A stretch of 41,376 nt of DNA from Pseudomonadota bacterium (GTDB lineage Bacteria > Desulfobacterota > WTBG01 > CAIYCZ01 > CAIRTM01), in the NCBI GenBank assembly GCA_024640785.1, contig JAHEEI010000003.1, forward strand, positions 1 through 41,376, in the 5' to 3' direction. Below the pieces are notes generated by a model. It made no database searches and was not told where the DNA came from. It saw nothing but the letters and a program-made list of their open reading frames with translations. Below, piece after piece: positions 37,282 through 41,376 of this stretch. Position 1 is the first letter of the stretch. Each line of letters begins with the position of its first letter. The translations under genes and the position numbers were made by a program.

Positions 37282-37323
37282 AAATAAATCGCTAGATGTG
37301 AATACACAGCTAGCGATTTATTT
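37282..37323 (-). terminator. Long hairpin/terminator ending the pil operon
   Basis: AAATAAATCGCTAG ... CTAGCGATTTATTT 14-bp inverted repeat plus an inner TGTG/CACA pair. Confidence 0.75.
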
Positions 37324-37345
37324 ATATGTTTGGTTATACTTTAAA

Positions 37346-38299
37346 CTATAAAGCTGCTGCCGGTGAAGATGTGTTGCTGAAAAAGCTTCCCATGAGTTCG
37401 TCTATACCTTTTTTAACTGCTTCATCAAACATGACCTTTGGATGTTTTGAATGATAAGCCTTCCTGCTTTTTGGCAAGTATTCAATTTCAGTACGGTTCG
37501 TCCATACCATGTCACCGGTTGCGGTGTCCTGGGCATAGATTCTGATCTGCACTACAGCAGATCTCTTCGCATTTTTAGAATCATTCTGGTCATAGTCTTT
37601 TGAAGAACTGAATAAATCTACAAAACATTGACCAATAATAGAGAAAAAGCCGCGGTATGAAAGATTTTTTGTTTCAACATCCTTATAACCATATTCAATT
37701 ATCCTCCCTCGGAAGAGGATGTCTGCATCGAGTAGATCTCCGATTTCTATTATTTTATCTTTGGTAAGACCCACTGTTGCACCCTGTAATACAGGGGAGT
37801 CCGGGTTATCATTCGCATCCTTATCTTTAGCTATTATCTTTCGTAACTCTTCCTGCATTGCATCGCTGTGCGGAAAATTTTCCAGCTCGTATTCAGGACT
37901 ATCGATTCCAGTAATAACGCTTTCCGATAAGGTTCCATTTATCAGATATTTATCATCTATTGGTTTAATAATATCGTTATCTACCAGGAGTGAGTTAATA
38001 TCTTCCTGTATAACCACACTGATTCCATGAGATGTCAGCTGGTCTATAATTTCCTCCATAATTTTGATATTTCCACCCCACTCACGGTAGGCTATGGGTT
38101 CCTGCTGAGCGGAATAGTCTGCAAAGGGCAGTATGGCTGCTCTTCTTATCCCTTTTATTTGGACCGTGTTTTCAGCAGGGTAGAATTTTACATTGGGGGT
38201 TGGTGTCGGTTCAATATTGCATTTAAGATCAGCACCTGTCTTGCAGGATGTAATACATGCAATGGTCATTATTAGTATAATTAAAGGAAATTTTTTCAT
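37346..38299 (-). CDS. Lipoprotein of unknown function, CsgG/PelC/LpoB-like fold suspected
   Basis: AGGAGG RBS, lipobox-like ITSC, AAILPFADYS, LDADILFRGRIIEYG, VQIRIYAQDTATGDMVW. Confidence 0.75.
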   Translation of the reverse strand: MKKFPLIILIMTIACITSCKTGADLKCNIEPTPTPNVKFYPAENTVQIKGIRRAAILPFADYSAQQEPIAYREWGGNIKIMEEIIDQLTSHGISVVIQEDINSLLVDNDIIKPIDDKYLINGTLSESVITGIDSPEYELENFPHSDAMQEELRKIIAKDKDANDNPDSPVLQGATVGLTKDKIIEIGDLLDADILFRGRIIEYGYKDVETKNLSYRGFFSIIGQCFVDLFSSSKDYDQNDSKNAKRSAVVQIRIYAQDTATGDMVWTNRTEIEYLPKSRKAYHSKHPKVMFDEAVKKGIDELMGSFFSNTSSPAAAL

Positions 38300-38336
38300 C
38301 TTTATTTGGCCTCCTGTTTAATTACAAATATTTATT

Positions 38337-40454
38337 TTAACCTTCAAACTTTGAAGGTTGGTCTACTATCGTTACGGTGAGAAACACCAACAATTCCACA
38401 AGTGAATTATCTGTTTTTTCAAATGTAAAAAACTTTTTTATTAAGGGGATATCGCCAAAAAAGGGTACTTTTTGAGTTATCTTTTGGTCAGTGGTTTCAT
38501 ATATTCCGCCAATGACAATTGTTTTAGCACTTTCAATCAGCAGATCGGTTTCAACTTCTCTAACATCAATGCCCGGTTCACCGCCTACACCTGTTTGCGA
38601 AGACGGCTGGTTCTTGGTTACAAAGACATGTATTGATATTGTATTTGCAGGTGTGATTTTAGGGGTTACCTTTAATTCTAGCACCATATCTTTAAATTCA
38701 GTGGAGGTAACTCCTTCCTCACTCAATTCAAGGTAGGGAAGTGCTACACCCTGCTTAATTCTTGCTTCCTTGTTATCCAGCCCAAGAACTTTAGGGCTTG
38801 AAAGTATTTTTAACTCTCCCTCGTTTTCAAGTGCTGACAGTTCTACATCAAGATTAAAATTATCTGATAAATAGCCAAAATTAACTAATCCATTTGAAAC
38901 TGCCGGAAGACCGACAGAAGCTCCTCCACCTATAATGTCTCCATTTACGGTGGTATTATAGTCAGCATTCCACAGCACACCTAATTCCTTAACGTAAGTC
39001 GGGTTTGACTGGACAATTTTAGCTTCGATTAAAACCTGACGTGTAGGGATATCCTGTTCATTTATTATTTGTTCAATCTTGGGCATATTCTCTTCGATAT
39101 CCTGTACGGTTAATTTATTGGTTAGAGCAAAGGAGTTAACATTTCCTCTTTCGGAAAGAATCCCCATTTTTTTTATAAAACTTGCCAGGTCACCGGCTTT
39201 TGCATAGCTTATGTTATAGGATTTGATGACAAGTTCCGCGATATTTTCTTCTGATTTTTTGGCCAGCAGTTTTTCATCATTAATTTTTTTGATTTGGTCG
39301 ACTGTTTCAATTCTTGTTACAGTGTTGGTAACGATTTTACCCAGCTGGTTTGTTTCAAGGATGATATCTAGGGCCTCATCCCAGGGAATATCTTCAAGTT
39401 TTAATGTTATTTTGCCTTTAGCTTTGTCACTGATAATGATATTTTTTCCGCTTATGTCGGCAATCAACCGTAAAATGTTTTTTATGTCAGCATCTTTGAA
39501 ATCCAGTGATATTTTTTCGCCGGTATAATTTCTTGTTTCTGTGTTTTCATTATTATCGTTAAAGTTCTCTTCTGTATTTGCTGAGGCTGAAGTGGTATCT
39601 TTATTATCAAAGGTGATGTTTAATGTTTGTTGTTGCTGAGAGACCTGATAAAGAGGGAAGGTGTTACCTTTTAGTTCAACAGTAACACTTAGGTTGTTTG
39701 GTGATTCGCCAACATTTATCTTATTTACTATTTTACCTTTATTAGATATTACATTGTTTTTTAAAGCGTTTCTGGTTTCATTCAGATTAATTATGATTCG
39801 GTTTGGATTATTAAGCGTGTATGTAGAATAATTTATAATCTTAGCGCTTGTTTCTATGGCAATGCTGTCATGGTCATTTTTTGATATGCTGATGCTTTTA
39901 AGTTGTATTGTTTTTTTCTTTTCTGTATTTGGCTTAGATTTATTGATTTCTTCAGCATCAGATTTCTCCGTAAGTACGCTTTCCTTGGGTGATATGACGA
40001 TATTTAATAAATTTTCTTTGTTTGATGCGTTATATGTTACATCTGAGGAAAGGGCTATTTCAAGTCTTAAAAATTTTTCATTATTATATTGTTTGTCAGA
40101 CCAAGTAATGTTTGTGATTAATTCATTTTTTAATAATTCCCCAGTTAGGTTGGGCGCAGCGATCAAATTCTGTAGGTCTATCAGTATCCTGTCTGGTTTG
40201 CTTAGTTTAAAAATGGTATAGGTAAGAGTGTTGTTGGTAATTAGGGTAACGGTATATTGATTGCCGGATTGAGTGAGCTTAATGTCCCTTAATTGCTTCA
40301 CAGGTTCATCCTGAACTAATGTTTCTTTATCCGTGGGTATTATTTCACTGGAAGATTGAGTTGTTTTTATATCCTTCTTAACAGTACAGCCTAATAAAAT
40401 TAGGATAATTGAAATAAATATAAATAGATATTTATATGGTTTTTGAGAGTTCAT
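38337..40454 (-). CDS. pilQ: Type IV pilus secretin PilQ with two AMIN-like domains
   Basis: YTGEKISLDFKDADI, PWDEALDIIL, RQVLIEAKIV, KVPFFGDIP, ELLVFLT; AMIN motifs FKLSKPDRILID and LNNPNRIIIN. Confidence 0.96.
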   Translation of the reverse strand: MNSQKPYKYLFIFISIILILLGCTVKKDIKTTQSSSEIIPTDKETLVQDEPVKQLRDIKLTQSGNQYTVTLITNNTLTYTIFKLSKPDRILIDLQNLIAAPNLTGELLKNELITNITWSDKQYNNEKFLRLEIALSSDVTYNASNKENLLNIVISPKESVLTEKSDAEEINKSKPNTEKKKTIQLKSISISKNDHDSIAIETSAKIINYSTYTLNNPNRIIINLNETRNALKNNVISNKGKIVNKINVGESPNNLSVTVELKGNTFPLYQVSQQQQTLNITFDNKDTTSASANTEENFNDNNENTETRNYTGEKISLDFKDADIKNILRLIADISGKNIIISDKAKGKITLKLEDIPWDEALDIILETNQLGKIVTNTVTRIETVDQIKKINDEKLLAKKSEENIAELVIKSYNISYAKAGDLASFIKKMGILSERGNVNSFALTNKLTVQDIEENMPKIEQIINEQDIPTRQVLIEAKIVQSNPTYVKELGVLWNADYNTTVNGDIIGGGASVGLPAVSNGLVNFGYLSDNFNLDVELSALENEGELKILSSPKVLGLDNKEARIKQGVALPYLELSEEGVTSTEFKDMVLELKVTPKITPANTISIHVFVTKNQPSSQTGVGGEPGIDVREVETDLLIESAKTIVIGGIYETTDQKITQKVPFFGDIPLIKKFFTFEKTDNSLVELLVFLTVTIVDQPSKFEG

Positions 40455-40462
40455 ATTTCCCT

Positions 40463-41032
40463 CTATTCTTGAGATTGAATTTTAATAGATCTGATATTTT
40501 TTTCTAATTTGCCAGATGAATTGTAAACATCTTCTTCAATTATAACGTTATCCGGAGTAATTTTTTTAACAATCCCTCCATTGTTTCCGATTAATGTGTT
40601 TTCAATAACAATATAACCAAATTTTTCCATATCCTCAAAAAGGGCGGATAATTTGTCGCCTGATTGAATTATTGCAACGAGCTGTAATTCTTCTAGTGTA
40701 TATTTTTGTAAAGGGGTTAAAGGTCCATCTATGGTTTCTTTCTTGGTTGTTTTTCTTTCCGGCTGTATTTCAGTAATTAAAGGAACAAAAGGATCTGGTT
40801 TTCCTGTTGCATCATATGAGTAATCATTTATAGTATCATTATCAAGTGTCTTTTTGATTTCTTTTTGGATTGTTGCTGTAGGTTTCTTATTCTTTGTTTT
40901 GACCTCTTCAGATACATCAATCTTATTTTCAGGTTTTTTGCCATTAGAACCGCAACCTGTTATAATAATACTATGAATTGTGAAAAGTATTATTAATGCT
41001 GTGATATGAAGATTTGGAAATTTATTCAACAT
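40463..41032 (-). CDS. pilP: Type IV pilus assembly lipoprotein PilP
   Basis: Lipobox ITGC, YDATGKPDPFVP, PLQKYTLEELQLVAI, IGNNGG; ATG 41032 directly after the pilO stop. Confidence 0.92.
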   Translation of the reverse strand: MLNKFPNLHITALIILFTIHSIIITGCGSNGKKPENKIDVSEEVKTKNKKPTATIQKEIKKTLDNDTINDYSYDATGKPDPFVPLITEIQPERKTTKKETIDGPLTPLQKYTLEELQLVAIIQSGDKLSALFEDMEKFGYIVIENTLIGNNGGIVKKITPDNVIIEEDVYNSSGKLEKNIRSIKIQSQE

Positions 41033-41033
41033 C

Positions 41034-41375
41034 TTAATTTTTCTTCCTTTTCTTCGGTTTCCTTTTATCAATTGTTGAGTCTTTCTCAATAAATTTGAAA
41101 GTTATTGCATTAAACTTTGAGTTTAGTTTTGGTTTTTCAGTACCCGCTCTTTTTTTCTTTTCCGTACTTATTTTTAAGTCGGCAATATTTACAATTCTTT
41201 TTAGTTTTGATACCTTATCGAAAAAATGACCAATATTGTGGTAATCTCCTAGTACCTGCATTTCAACCGGTATGTCAGCATAGAATCCTCTGCTTACCTC
41301 GTTTTGTGGTTGGAAAAGCAGTATTTCAAGTCCACAGTCCTGAGCAAGGTTTGAAATGCTTGTTAATAAACTTGG
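41034..41375 (-). CDS. pilO: Type IV pilus assembly protein PilO (5'-truncated by the window edge)
   Basis: Frame open to the edge: PSLLTSISNLAQDCGLEILLFQPQNE..FYADIPVEMQVLGDYHNIGHFFDKVSKLKRIVNI. Confidence 0.93.
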   Translation of the reverse strand, partial: PSLLTSISNLAQDCGLEILLFQPQNEVSRGFYADIPVEMQVLGDYHNIGHFFDKVSKLKRIVNIADLKISTEKKKRAGTEKPKLNSKFNAITFKFIEKDSTIDKRKPKKRKKN

Positions 41376-41376
41376 A

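Noticed and set aside
41033-41089. Longer PilP start at 41089
   Set aside because: Overlaps the pilO 3' end; ATG 41032 gives a normal lipoprotein signal
1-41376. tRNA, rRNA, CRISPR arrays, IS/integrase, selenocysteine read-through, and the many short antisense ORFs in the track
   Set aside because: No T-loop/cloverleaf, periodic repeat-spacer pattern, transposase motifs or in-frame UGA at catalytic Cys positions seen by eye; short antisense ORFs lie within well-supported genes

Overview
AT-rich bacterial chromosome segment, most consistent with a Desulfobacterota/deltaproteobacterial anaerobe (inferred from DUF6178- and DUF6485-like genes, N-terminally extended RecG, a tungsten AOR and the pilO-P-Q...aroB order). 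Most of it is housekeeping: ABC transporter, recG, murA, hisD, tRNA nucleotidyltransferase, rplM-rpsI, nadK-recN, yhaM-like, pilT-pilU, rnc-der, aroB and pilOPQ. The standout is an accessory block at about 8.3-16.0 kb: a TetR regulator with a candidate palindromic operator, a tungsten aldehyde:ferredoxin oxidoreductase, a divergent UbiD-family (de)carboxylase and an outer-membrane beta-barrel, bracketed by two decayed pseudogenes (lytic transglycosylase, DUF1566/Lcl) that the ORF track misses or fragments. Other oddities are a GcvH-like protein lacking the lipoyl-lysine, a probable CC-adding-only nucleotidyltransferase, a lipobox-bearing PilQ followed by an unknown CsgG/PelC-like lipoprotein, and two more small genes broken by single nonsense codons. 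I recognised no rRNA, tRNA, CRISPR array or IS element. All family assignments come from reading motifs by eye, not from database searches.
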